Below are positions 1 through 9,350 of a stretch of 64,000 nucleotides of DNA, piece after piece. Under the pieces are notes generated by a model. It had not been told where the DNA came from, searched no databases, and worked only from the letters and a program-made list of their open reading frames with translations. The DNA is from Rhodovarius sp. (GTDB lineage Bacteria; Pseudomonadota; Alphaproteobacteria; Acetobacterales; Acetobacteraceae). The stretch's first letter is position 1; each line of letters opens with the position of its first letter. Where the stretch lies: positions 2,410 to 66,409 of the forward strand of contig JANWYF010000134.1 of the NCBI GenBank assembly GCA_025057055.1. The letters are read 5' to 3'. Both the position numbers and the translations under genes were made by a program.

Positions 1-434
1 AGGCCGGTGCCGAGGCTGACCTGCGCGCCCACGATGCCATGCCCGCCATAGAAGCCCTTCTCCGGGCTGAACATGTGCATCGACCCGCCCTTGCCCTTGG
101 AATAGCCGCCGATGCGCCCGGTCAGTTCGGCCATCACACCGCGCGGATCCATGCCGCAGGCCAGCATATGGCCATGGTCGCGATAGGAGGTGATGACCTG
201 ATCGCCGGGGCGAAGCTGGGTCATCACCCCGACCACCACCGCCTCCTGCCCGATATAGAGGTGGCAGAAGCCGCCGATCAGCCCCATCCCGTAGAGCTGG
301 CCCGCCTTCTCCTCGAAGCGGCGGATCAGCAGCATGTCGCGATAACAGCGTATGAGCTGTTCGAGGCTGAGAACGGAGGCCGGCGCCTCGCTCTTGCCCG
401 GCTTGCGGCGGTTCGCGGTGGCGGCTTTGGCCAT
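1..434 (-). CDS. pdhA: Pyruvate dehydrogenase E1 alpha subunit, N-terminal part (runs off window)
   Basis: Manual minus-strand translation from ATG 434: MAKAATANRRK...YRDMLLIRRFEEKAGQLYGMGLIGGFCHLYIGQEA...SYRDHGHMLA...GKGGSMHMF...GGHGIVGAQV; follows eno-ftsB as is usual in alphaproteobacteria. Confidence 0.95.
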   Translation of the reverse strand, partial: MAKAATANRRKPGKSEAPASVLSLEQLIRCYRDMLLIRRFEEKAGQLYGMGLIGGFCHLYIGQEAVVVGVMTQLRPGDQVITSYRDHGHMLACGMDPRGVMAELTGRIGGYSKGKGGSMHMFSPEKGFYGGHGIVGAQVSLGTG

Positions 435-536
435 GGGCAGCTCCCCTCGTCTGCCCAGCATCTACGCCCGCCGGCAGCGCCCCACAAGGGCACCTCACGC
501 CCGGAAAGCCTTATGCTGCAACGCGAAAATGTCGAT

Positions 537-553
537 TAACCGAAATCCGGTTA
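537..553. promoter_or_regulatory. Inverted repeat TAACCG-N5-CGGTTA upstream of pdhA, candidate transcription-factor site
   Basis: Perfect 6-bp palindromic arms in a locally AT-rich stretch about 100 nt upstream of the pdhA start. Confidence 0.4.
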
Positions 554-589
554 CGGGTCAGGAACGCTGCCGCAACGGGCGAGCCCAGC

Positions 590-919
590 TCAGAACAAGC
601 GCCGCCCGGCCTCGTAGGGGATCACGATCTCGTTGGGCGCCGTCAGGTTGAGGAGCGCCCGCACGCGCTCCTCAAGCTGGTCGCGATCGAGCCCCTCGCT
701 GCGCAGCGCCTCCACCCGGCGCCGCTCCGCCGCGCGCAGCCGCTGCGCCTCCTCGAGCTGCCGTTCGGCCGCGCGGATGTCCTCAAGCCGGGCCTGCCGG
801 GCCTCGGTCCCGCGCTCGCCATGGATGGCATGCCAGGCGAAATAGGCGGCCATGCCGGCAAAGAGCAGCGGCGGCACCGCTGCCTTCACCCGTCTCTTGA
901 GCGCGCGCCAAAACGCCAT
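590..919 (-). CDS. ftsB: Septum formation initiator (FtsB/DivIC family)
   Basis: 109 aa; single N-terminal TM (LLFAGMAAYFAWHAIHGERG), coiled coil, D.LEE.VR..L motif; directly downstream of eno. Confidence 0.85.
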   Translation of the reverse strand: MAFWRALKRRVKAAVPPLLFAGMAAYFAWHAIHGERGTEARQARLEDIRAAERQLEEAQRLRAAERRRVEALRSEGLDRDQLEERVRALLNLTAPNEIVIPYEAGRRLF

Positions 920-998
920 CCCTCGCCTCTCGGCCCCTGCCGGCTAGCGAATCAGCAAGGGCCGCGTTGCGCAAGGGCCTTCCGCAGATGGCGCTGCC

Positions 999-2363
<1,365 letters not shown>

Positions 2364-3587
2364 CTATTCGGCCGCCAGCGGCTGGCGCGCCGGCAGCGCG
2401 AGGCTGACCAGCCAGCAGATGCCGAGCATCGCCGCCGCACCCACGAGGCAGGCCACCAGCCCCCCCGCCATGTAGAGCAGGCCGGAGGCCAGCGTGCCCA
2501 GGAAGCGGCCCAGCGCATTGGCCGCATAGTAGAAGCCGACATCCTCGGCCGCCTTCTCGCTCCCCGCATAGGCGAGCACGAGGTAGGAATGGACCGAGGA
2601 GTTGACGGCGAAGAGCACGCCGAAGACACAGAGCCCGATCGGGACGAAAAGGTCCGGCCGCGGCAGCCCGCCCGCCATCATGACGGCGAGCAGCGCGGGC
2701 ACCAGGGCAAGGGCCGCCGACCATTGCCGCGCCGCCGGCACCTCCGCGCTCAGCCCATCGGGGCTGCGCCGCACCAGGGCCGGGGCCGCGGCCTGGATCG
2801 CGCCGTAGCCGATCGTCCAGAGCGCGAGGAAGGCGCCGACCATGGTGAAGGTCCAGCCGCTCGCATAGAGGAACACCGGCAGGCCGACCACGAACCAGAC
2901 ATCCCGCGCCCCGAAGAGGAAGACGCGCGCCGCCGCCAGCAGATTGATGCCCTGGTTCTTGGCGAAGAGCTCGCGCGCCGTGCGCGAGGCGCGCGCCTTG
3001 CCCATCAGCGGCGGGAGGGAGAGCACCACAGCTGCCAGCACGGCCAGCAAGGCCAGGGCCATCGCCCAGAGCGCGCCGCGAAAGCCCAGCACCTCGAGCA
3101 GCAGCCCGCCCAGGAAAAAGCCCGCGCCCTTCATCGCGTTCTTCGAGCCGGTGAAGAAGGCCACCCAGCGGAACAGGCGGCCGCTGACATCGCCCGCCGT
3201 GAGCTTGATGGCGGATTTGCTCGCCGTCTTGGTCAGGTCCTTCGCCACGCCGCACACGCCCTGCGCGACGACGACCCAGACGACCGAGAGTGCCGCGCTC
3301 CAGTCGGGCGAGACCGCCGAGAGCAGCACAAAGCCCAGGATCTGCGCCGAGAGCCCGACCGCCAGCATGCGCGCGATGCCAAAGCGCGTGGCCAGCCAGC
3401 CGCCGATCAGATTGGCCGCGATCCCCGCCGCCTCATAGAGAAGGAAGAGGAGGGCGAGGCTGAAGGGCGAATAGCCGAGCTTGTAGAAATGCAGCAGCAC
3501 CAGCATCCGCAGCGCGCCATCGGTCAGCGTGAAGCCCCAATAGGCGGCGGTGACGATGGCGTAGTTGCGAAGGCCGGCGGCACTCAC
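2364..3587 (-). CDS. arsJ: Organoarsenical (1-arseno-3-phosphoglycerate) efflux MFS permease
   Basis: N-terminus [27 protein letters not shown] and [27 protein letters not shown] typical of ArsJ; GTG start overlaps stop of upstream GAPDH. Confidence 0.9.
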   Translation of the reverse strand: MSAAGLRNYAIVTAAYWGFTLTDGALRMLVLLHFYKLGYSPFSLALLFLLYEAAGIAANLIGGWLATRFGIARMLAVGLSAQILGFVLLSAVSPDWSAALSVVWVVVAQGVCGVAKDLTKTASKSAIKLTAGDVSGRLFRWVAFFTGSKNAMKGAGFFLGGLLLEVLGFRGALWAMALALLAVLAAVVLSLPPLMGKARASRTARELFAKNQGINLLAAARVFLFGARDVWFVVGLPVFLYASGWTFTMVGAFLALWTIGYGAIQAAAPALVRRSPDGLSAEVPAARQWSAALALVPALLAVMMAGGLPRPDLFVPIGLCVFGVLFAVNSSVHSYLVLAYAGSEKAAEDVGFYYAANALGRFLGTLASGLLYMAGGLVACLVGAAAMLGICWLVSLALPARQPLAAE

Positions 3588-4639
3588 AGCCCGACCCTCT
3601 CCATATGGCAGGCGAGATCAACCATGCGGCAAGCATAGCCCATCTCGTTGTCGTACCATGCATAGACCTTGAGCATGGTGCCGTCGGTGACCATGGTCGA
3701 GGGTGCATCGACGATCGAACTGCGCGTATCGCGCGCATAATCGGCCGAGACGAGAGGCCGCGTCTCATAGCCCAGGATGCCGGCGAGCGGCCCGGCGGCG
3801 GCGGCGGCGAAAAGGGCGTTGACCTCCGCCTCGGTGGTGGCGCGCTGCAGTTCGAAGACGCAGTCCGTCAGGCTGGCATTGAGCACCGGCGCGCGCACCG
3901 CATGACCGTTCAGCTTGCCCTTGAGCTCCGGGTAGATCAGCCCGATCGCGGTCGCGCTGCCGGTGGTGGTGGGGGCGAGCGAGAGCATGGCGCTGCGCGC
4001 ACGCCTCAGGTCCTTGTGCGGCGCATCCACCACCACATTGGTGTTGGTCGGGTCATGGATGGTGGTGATCTGCCCGTGGCGGATGCCGATCGCCTCATGC
4101 ACGACCTTGACCACCGGCGCGAGGCAATTGGTGGTGCAGGAGGCGGCGGTGACGATCGGATGCCGCGCCGGGTCGTAGAGGTGCTCGTTCACCCCCACCA
4201 CCACATTGAGCACCGAATCGTATTTGACCGGTGCTGCCACGATCACGCGCTTGGCGCCGCGGTCGAGATGGCCCTGCAGCGTCTCGGGCGAGAGGAACTT
4301 GCCGGTGCATTCCAGCACCACATCGACGCCGAGATCACCCCAAGGGATCAGCTCCGGCTTCGGGTATTCGCTGAAGGTCAGGCGGCGGTTGCCGATGCGG
4401 ATCGCGCTGTTATCCTCGGCCACGATGCTGGTGCGCCAGCGCCCCTGCACGCTGTCGAACTCGAGCAGATGCGCGGTGGCGGCGGCACCGCCCTTGACCT
4501 CGTTGAGGTGGACGACCTCGAGCCGGTTGCCGGCGCGCGGATCATCGGCCGGCCGTTCCGCCGCCCCCATGGCCGCGCGCAAGGCCAGCCGTCCGATCCG
4601 ACCCATGCCGTTGATGCCCACCCGCATGCGAACCCCCAT
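3584..4639 (-). CDS. ArsJ-associated glyceraldehyde-3-phosphate dehydrogenase (start at 4639 or 4627)
   Basis: [10 protein letters not shown] Rossmann motif, [10 protein letters not shown] catalytic Cys, WYDNE; stop overlaps arsJ start and gene follows arsR-arsC. Confidence 0.9.
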   Translation of the reverse strand: MGVRMRVGINGMGRIGRLALRAAMGAAERPADDPRAGNRLEVVHLNEVKGGAAATAHLLEFDSVQGRWRTSIVAEDNSAIRIGNRRLTFSEYPKPELIPWGDLGVDVVLECTGKFLSPETLQGHLDRGAKRVIVAAPVKYDSVLNVVVGVNEHLYDPARHPIVTAASCTTNCLAPVVKVVHEAIGIRHGQITTIHDPTNTNVVVDAPHKDLRRARSAMLSLAPTTTGSATAIGLIYPELKGKLNGHAVRAPVLNASLTDCVFELQRATTEAEVNALFAAAAAGPLAGILGYETRPLVSADYARDTRSSIVDAPSTMVTDGTMLKVYAWYDNEMGYACRMVDLACHMERVGL

Positions 4640-4666
4640 CTCCCGGTGCACGGACGCCAAAGCCCC

Positions 4667-5536
4667 TCACGCCCGCGCGGCGGCGGGGTGCGCCAGCTCG
4701 TCGAGCCGCGCCTTGAGCGCGATGCGATCGAGCGAGGCGAAGGGCAAGGCGACGAAGATCTCGATCCTCCGGCGCAGGCCGGCATAGAGCTCGTTGAGCA
4801 GGCTTGCCCGCTCGGCGGCATTGCCGGTGAACTTGGCCGGATCGGGCAGCGGCCAGGCGGCGGTGATGGTGGTCTCGCCGAAGTCGGGGCAGCGCTGGCC
4901 GGCCCGCGGGTCGCACAGCGCGATCACGAAATCCATCCGGGGCGCGTTCGGCTCCATGAACAGTTCCCAGGATTTGCTCGACAAGCCGGAGACGTCATGG
5001 CCCAGCGCCGAGAGCTGGGCGATCACCTCCGGCATCGGCCCCTCGGGCGCCGGGGCGGAGCCGGCCGAATAGGCCCGGAACCGGCCCGCACCCACCTTGT
5101 TGAGGATCGCCTCCGCCATGATCGAGCGGGCGGAATTGCGGGTGCAGAGGAACAGCACGTTGAACGGCGCATCGGCCATGGAAGCCTCCCTCGGATGATG
5201 TTCTGCTCTGGCGCGCGGCAGCAGGGAGGCGAGGTCGCCGCAGCGCCCCGCATCACCTGCGCAGCAGGCCTCGGCGAGGAAGGCGAAGAGGTCGCGCAGC
5301 GCGGCGATGGCGGCGGCGTAGATCAGCTGCCGCCCCTGCCGCCGTGCCGCGATCAGCCCAGCCCCCTCCAGCGCGCGGAGATGAAAGGAGAGGGTGGAGG
5401 GCGCCACGCCGAGGCGCTGCGCGATCTCCCCTGCCGGCAGGCCGTTCGGGCCCTCGGCCAGCAGCAGCCTGAGCAGCTCGAGCCGCGTCGGCTGGCCCAG
5501 GGCGGTGAAGCCCGCCGCTGCCTGATCCCTGTCCAT
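4667..5536 (-). CDS. ArsR repressor-ArsC arsenate reductase fusion
   Basis: N-terminal ArsR HTH (LGQPTRLELLRLL...PSTLSFHL...L..AGL) ending in CCAGDAGRC; C-terminal LMW-PTP fold CTRNSARS (CX5R) plus ALCD....CP redox cysteines. Confidence 0.9.
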   Translation of the reverse strand: MDRDQAAAGFTALGQPTRLELLRLLLAEGPNGLPAGEIAQRLGVAPSTLSFHLRALEGAGLIAARRQGRQLIYAAAIAALRDLFAFLAEACCAGDAGRCGDLASLLPRARAEHHPREASMADAPFNVLFLCTRNSARSIMAEAILNKVGAGRFRAYSAGSAPAPEGPMPEVIAQLSALGHDVSGLSSKSWELFMEPNAPRMDFVIALCDPRAGQRCPDFGETTITAAWPLPDPAKFTGNAAERASLLNELYAGLRRRIEIFVALPFASLDRIALKARLDELAHPAAARA

Positions 5537-5537
5537 G

Positions 5538-5593
5538 GTTCCATCCTACCGGAAGCCTCAGCTTTCGGTGTGATGCTTCCATGACAATCGAAG
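5538..5593 (-). promoter_or_regulatory. Two tandem imperfect palindromes (candidate ArsR operators) next to a TTGACT -35 element
   Basis: Minus strand CTTCGATTGTCATGGAAG (5576-5593) and CTTCCGGTAGGATGGAAC (5538-5555); TTGACT at 5592-5597. Confidence 0.55.
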
Positions 5594-5917
5594 TCAATCC
5601 GAGGGCGGCACCGGCCCGCGGGTGATGGCCGTCAGCGGCCCGTTGACGAAGCGATAGGTCGCCTCGATCGGGCCGATCCCCTGGGCCGACAGCCGCGCGG
5701 CATGCATGGCGTGATAGGCCTGCGCGGCCGGCAGGCTCTCGAACAGATAGATCCCGCCCGACCGGCCTTCGGCCTCGTGGCGGGTCCAGATCTTCCAGAT
5801 CAGCCCGGGCTCCTGGGCGATGCTCTCGGCCAGCGCGCGCAGCGCCCGCGCCTGCTCCTCCCCGCCTGGAGGGCGGGCGGGGAAATCCATGATCAGCAGG
5901 ACCGGCTCAGCCGCCAT
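5594..5917 (-). CDS. YdhR-family putative monooxygenase (dimeric alpha+beta barrel)
   Basis: 107 aa; LAESIAQEPGLIWKIW...GGIYLFE...A.AY..MH..RL...N.PLTAITRGP resembles E. coli YdhR. Confidence 0.8.
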   Translation of the reverse strand: MAAEPVLLIMDFPARPPGGEEQARALRALAESIAQEPGLIWKIWTRHEAEGRSGGIYLFESLPAAQAYHAMHAARLSAQGIGPIEATYRFVNGPLTAITRGPVPPSD

Positions 5918-6758
5918 AAGCCACCACGCGCTGGCGCTGTTCGCCCAGGCCCTGGATGCCGAGCCGCATGGTCTGTCCGGGCTTGAGGAAGATCGGCTCC
6001 GGCTTCTTGCCGAGCCCCACCCCGGGTGGCGTGCCGGTGAAGATGATATCCCCCGGATGCAGCGTGATGAAATGCGAGACGTAGGAGACGAGCTGGCGGA
6101 CGCTGAAGATCATGGTCCGTGTGTTGCCGGTCTGCATACGCACCCCGTCCACCTCGCAGAACATGTCGAGGTTCTGGGGGTCAGGCACCTCATCCTTGGT
6201 CACCAGCCAGGGGCCGACGGGGCCGAAGGTGTCGGCGCCCTTGCCCTTGTCCCAGGCGCCACCCCGTTCGATCTGCCATTCGCGCTCGCTGACGTCGTTG
6301 CCCACCGCATAGCCCGCGACGTGATCGAGCGCCTCCTCTTCGCTGACGTATCGGGCGGTGGTGCCGATGATGACGCAGAGCTCCACCTCCCAGTCCGTCT
6401 TGCGCGAGTTCTTGGGAATGATCACGTCGTCATAGGGACCGCTGATCGCGCCATTGGCCTTGAGGAAGACGATCGGCTCCTTGGGGATGGGCGAGCCGGT
6501 CTCGGCCGCGTGGTCGGCGTAGTTGAGGCCGATGCAAATGAGCTGGGTGAAGCCCGCCACCGGGCAGCCCAGCCGCGGATGGCCCGGCACCGCCGGCAGC
6601 CCGGCCGGATCGAGGGCGGCGAGCCGCGCCAAACCGGCCGGCGAGAGCACCTCCCCCGCGATGTCGGGCACGATGCCCGAGAGGTCGCGGATCACCCCGG
6701 ACGCATCGAGCATCCCGGGCTTCTCCTGGCCTTTGGGTCCGTAGCGCAGCAGCTTCAT
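5907..6758 (-). CDS. Fumarylacetoacetate hydrolase family protein
   Basis: ICIGLNYADH, EPIVFLK, DWEVEL, NDVSER, W.KGK..DTFGP.GP, TGTPPGVG. Confidence 0.92.
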   Translation of the reverse strand: MKLLRYGPKGQEKPGMLDASGVIRDLSGIVPDIAGEVLSPAGLARLAALDPAGLPAVPGHPRLGCPVAGFTQLICIGLNYADHAAETGSPIPKEPIVFLKANGAISGPYDDVIIPKNSRKTDWEVELCVIIGTTARYVSEEEALDHVAGYAVGNDVSEREWQIERGGAWDKGKGADTFGPVGPWLVTKDEVPDPQNLDMFCEVDGVRMQTGNTRTMIFSVRQLVSYVSHFITLHPGDIIFTGTPPGVGLGKKPEPIFLKPGQTMRLGIQGLGEQRQRVVAYGG

Positions 6759-6871
6759 GCCACTTCCTCCTCATCCTGGCTGGACGGGCGCGCAGCCTGC
6801 CAGCGAAGCCTGCCGCTGCGAAGCCAGGCGGCTTGACCGACAAGCAGGGCGGGCGCACCTGCCGCTGCGGG

Positions 6872-7612
6872 ATGCTGATCGCGCTCTTGGCCGACATCCA
6901 CGCCAATCTCGAGGCGCTCGAGGCCTGCCTCGCCGATGCCGCGGCGCGGGGGGCGGAGCGGCTGGTGCTGCTCGGCGATCTTGTGGGCTACGGCGCCGAC
7001 CCCCTGCCGGTGCTCGCACGCATCCGCGCCCTGGCCGAGGCTGGGGCGGTGGTGCTGCTCGGCAACCATGACGAGGCGGCGCTCAAGGGAGCGGTCGGCT
7101 TCAACCCGGTGGCGGCGCAGGCGATCCGCTGGACCGCAGCCCAGCTCGATGCCTCGGCGCGCGCCTTCCTCTCCGGCCTGCCGCTGACGCATCGGGAGGA
7201 TGGTCTGCTCTTCGTCCATGCCGATGCCTCGGACCCGGCGGGCTGGCGCTATGTCCGCAGCCTGCGCGATGCCGCCGCCTGCCTGGCCGGGACCGATGCG
7301 CGCTTCGTCTTCTGCGGCCATACCCATCTGCCACTGCTCGCCTGCGCCAGCGGCTCGGGCCGCCTCTGCGCGCGTGAGCCGCAGCCGGGTGCGGTCATTC
7401 CGCTCGCGCCGCTGCGCCGGGCGGTGGCGGTGATCGGCGCGGTGGGCCAGCCGCGCGATGGCAACCCCGCCGCCTGCTACGGCCTGCTCGATACCCTGAG
7501 CCTGGACTGCCGCTGGCTGCGCGTGCCCTATGACATCGCCGCGGCGGCGGCCAAGATCCGCGCCGCCGGCCTGCCGGAGAGCCTGGCCGCACGGCTCTTC
7601 CGGGGGCTCTGA
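6872..7612 (+). CDS. Calcineurin-like metallophosphoesterase
   Basis: ADIHAN, GDLVGYG, GNHD, VHA, GHTH, GAVGQPRD motifs; ATG 6872 chosen over upstream TTG. Confidence 0.9.
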   Translation: MLIALLADIHANLEALEACLADAAARGAERLVLLGDLVGYGADPLPVLARIRALAEAGAVVLLGNHDEAALKGAVGFNPVAAQAIRWTAAQLDASARAFLSGLPLTHREDGLLFVHADASDPAGWRYVRSLRDAAACLAGTDARFVFCGHTHLPLLACASGSGRLCAREPQPGAVIPLAPLRRAVAVIGAVGQPRDGNPAACYGLLDTLSLDCRWLRVPYDIAAAAAKIRAAGLPESLAARLFRGL

Positions 7613-7614
7613 AC

Positions 7615-9000
7615 ATGGCGCGGTCGGATCGGGTCATCGGCGGCTTTCCGGTCGGGCGCAAGATCCACACCGGCGGCATGGCCCATCTCTACGAAACCAG
7701 CCATCCGGACTACCCGTTTCCGCTGCTGCTCAAGGTCCCGCGCCTGGCGGAGGGCGAGGATCCGGCCGCCATCGTCGGCTTCGAGATGGAGCAGCTGATC
7801 CTGCCCCGCCTGTCGGGGCCGCATGTGCCCCGTTTCGTCGCTCTCGGCCATGAGCCGATCCCCTTCATCGTGATGGAGCGGATCGCCGGCGCCTCCCTGC
7901 TCGGGCGCCTGCGCGACCTGCCTCTGCCGCCCGAGGAGGTGGCGGCGATCGGCGCCAAGGTCGCCGATGCGCTGGATTCGCTGCACCGGCAGGGCTGCGT
8001 GCATCTCGACATCAAGCCCTCCAACATCCTGATCGCCGATTCCGACGGGCGCGCCGTGCTCGTTGATTTCGGCCTTGCCCATCACGCGCGCCTGCCCGAC
8101 CTGATGAGCGAGGAGTTCCGCCTGCCCTACGGCACCGCCCCCTATATGGCGCCGGAACAGGTGCTCGGCGTACGCGGCGATCCGGCCTCGGACATCTTTG
8201 CCCTCGGCGCGCTGCTCTATTTCTTTGCCACCCATGTCCGGCCCTTCGGCGACCCGGCCTCGCTGAAGGGGCTCAAGGCCCGCATCTGGTCGGACCCGCT
8301 GCCCCCGCGGGCGCGCGAAGCGGCGATCCCGCCCTGGCTGCAGGAGGTGATCCTGCGCTGCCTCGAGGTTGACCCGGCACGCCGTTTTCCGACCGCCGCG
8401 CAGCTTGCCTGGGCGCTGCGCCACCCGGACCAGCTCGTGCTGACCGAACGCGCCCGACGTCTGCGCCGCAGCCCCTGGACCGAGCGCCTGCGCCGCCGCC
8501 TGCGGCTGCACGAGACGGCGGCGAAGCTGCGCCGGCCCATCCCGCAGGGGCCCGAGGCGGAAGCGCCGATCGTCGCAGTGGCGCTCGATCTCGACGAACT
8601 GCCGGAGGCGCTCTCGGAGGCGTTGCAGCGGACGGTGCGCCATGTCATGTCCGCGCTGCCCGGGGCGCGGCTTGCCTGCATTCATGTGCTCAAGCAGCAT
8701 CTGGTACGCGCCGATACCACGCTCGACGAGGAAGGACGGAACAAGCATCTGCAGCGCCTGATCGGGCTGCGGCACTGGGCTCGGCCGCTCGGCCTGCCCG
8801 AGGAGCGGCTGACCCACCATGTGCTGGAAGCGGTCAGCCCCGCCGCGGCCCTGATCGAGTTCGCCCAGCAGAACCGGGTCGATCACATCGTCATGGGCGC
8901 GCGCAGCGTGAGCTTCACTCGCCGCATGCTGGGCAGCGTGGCGGCCGAGGTGGCGCGCGATGCGCCCTGCACCGTCACGGTCGTGCGCGCCCGCCCCTGA
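7615..9000 (+). CDS. Ser/Thr protein kinase (Hanks type) fused to C-terminal universal stress protein (USP) domain
   Basis: TGGMAHLY, LLKVP, HLDIKPSN, DFG, GTAPYMAPEQ, DIFALG; C-terminal IVAVALD...IVMGAR...LGSVAAEV...PCTVTVVR USP pattern; 2 nt after phosphoesterase stop. Confidence 0.9.
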   Translation: MARSDRVIGGFPVGRKIHTGGMAHLYETSHPDYPFPLLLKVPRLAEGEDPAAIVGFEMEQLILPRLSGPHVPRFVALGHEPIPFIVMERIAGASLLGRLRDLPLPPEEVAAIGAKVADALDSLHRQGCVHLDIKPSNILIADSDGRAVLVDFGLAHHARLPDLMSEEFRLPYGTAPYMAPEQVLGVRGDPASDIFALGALLYFFATHVRPFGDPASLKGLKARIWSDPLPPRAREAAIPPWLQEVILRCLEVDPARRFPTAAQLAWALRHPDQLVLTERARRLRRSPWTERLRRRLRLHETAAKLRRPIPQGPEAEAPIVAVALDLDELPEALSEALQRTVRHVMSALPGARLACIHVLKQHLVRADTTLDEEGRNKHLQRLIGLRHWARPLGLPEERLTHHVLEAVSPAAALIEFAQQNRVDHIVMGARSVSFTRRMLGSVAAEVARDAPCTVTVVRARP

Positions 9001-9014
9001 TGCGCGCCGTGCCG

Positions 9015-9041
9015 CCCCGGCCGCCGCGGGGGCGGCCGGGG
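9015..9041 (+). terminator. GC hairpin after kinase-USP gene
   Basis: Perfect 11-bp stem CCCCGGCCGCC/GGCGGCCGGGG with 5-nt loop, 14 nt after stop; no U tract. Confidence 0.4.
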
Positions 9042-9180
9042 GTGCTGGTCGGCCGGGGGGCGATCGATGGCTTGCCGCGCCCCGCCAGCCCCGGCGCCGA
9101 GCGCGGCAGGGGCCGGAGCCGGTGAGGGTGATATCCGAGAGCAGGGCGCGGAGGGGGCCGCCCGTCCGGGAGGTGGACCG

Positions 9181-9227
9181 GCTCGCCGCGGGCGTGCCTG
9201 CCGCCTGCACGGCATGCCCGGGCGAGC
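9181..9227 (-). terminator. Long GC hairpin downstream of tRNA-Leu
   Basis: GCTCGCC/GGCGAGC plus CGGGCGTGCC/GGCATGCCCG stem, about 17 bp with one bulge and one mismatch, 11 nt past the tRNA 3' end. Confidence 0.4.
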
Positions 9228-9238
9228 GGCGGCCGTTC

Positions 9239-9320
9239 TAGGGGCGGCCGGACTTGAACCGGCATGGCCTGCGGCCGGGGGATTTTGAGTCCCCTGCGTC
9301 TACCATTCCGCCACGCCCCC
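9239..9320 (-). tRNA. tRNA-Leu (CAA), CCA not encoded
   Basis: GGGGGCG acceptor pairs with CGCCCCT; D loop GGCGGAATGGTAGACGC; anticodon arm GGGGA-CTCAAAA-TCCCC; long variable arm; GGTTCAAGTCC T loop. Confidence 0.95.
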
Positions 9321-9350
9321 GAAGCCGGCGGAGCACCGGGTCTGTGCCCC

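Noticed and set aside
515-540. RegA/PrrA-like site upstream of pdhA
   Set aside because: Only the GTCG half matches GCGGC-N5-GTCGC; too weak to call.
3584-4639. GAPDH as the housekeeping glycolytic gap gene next to eno
   Set aside because: Its position between arsR-arsC and arsJ with a stop/start overlap identifies it as the ArsJ-associated type; no pgk or tpi nearby.
5594-6758. ydhR and FAH genes as part of the ars operon
   Set aside because: A separate -35 and operator pair lies between ydhR and arsR-arsC, and there is no known arsenic link for these families.
6833-6871. Leaderless promoter for the metallophosphoesterase
   Set aside because: TTGACC is present, but no -10 element lies at the correct spacing relative to ATG 6872.
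9239-9320. tRNA-Leu and tRNA-Glu as genomic-island integration sites
   Set aside because: No integrase, no duplicated tRNA 3' end (only an 11-nt GC match at about 9029 that belongs to a hairpin) and no obvious compositional shift.
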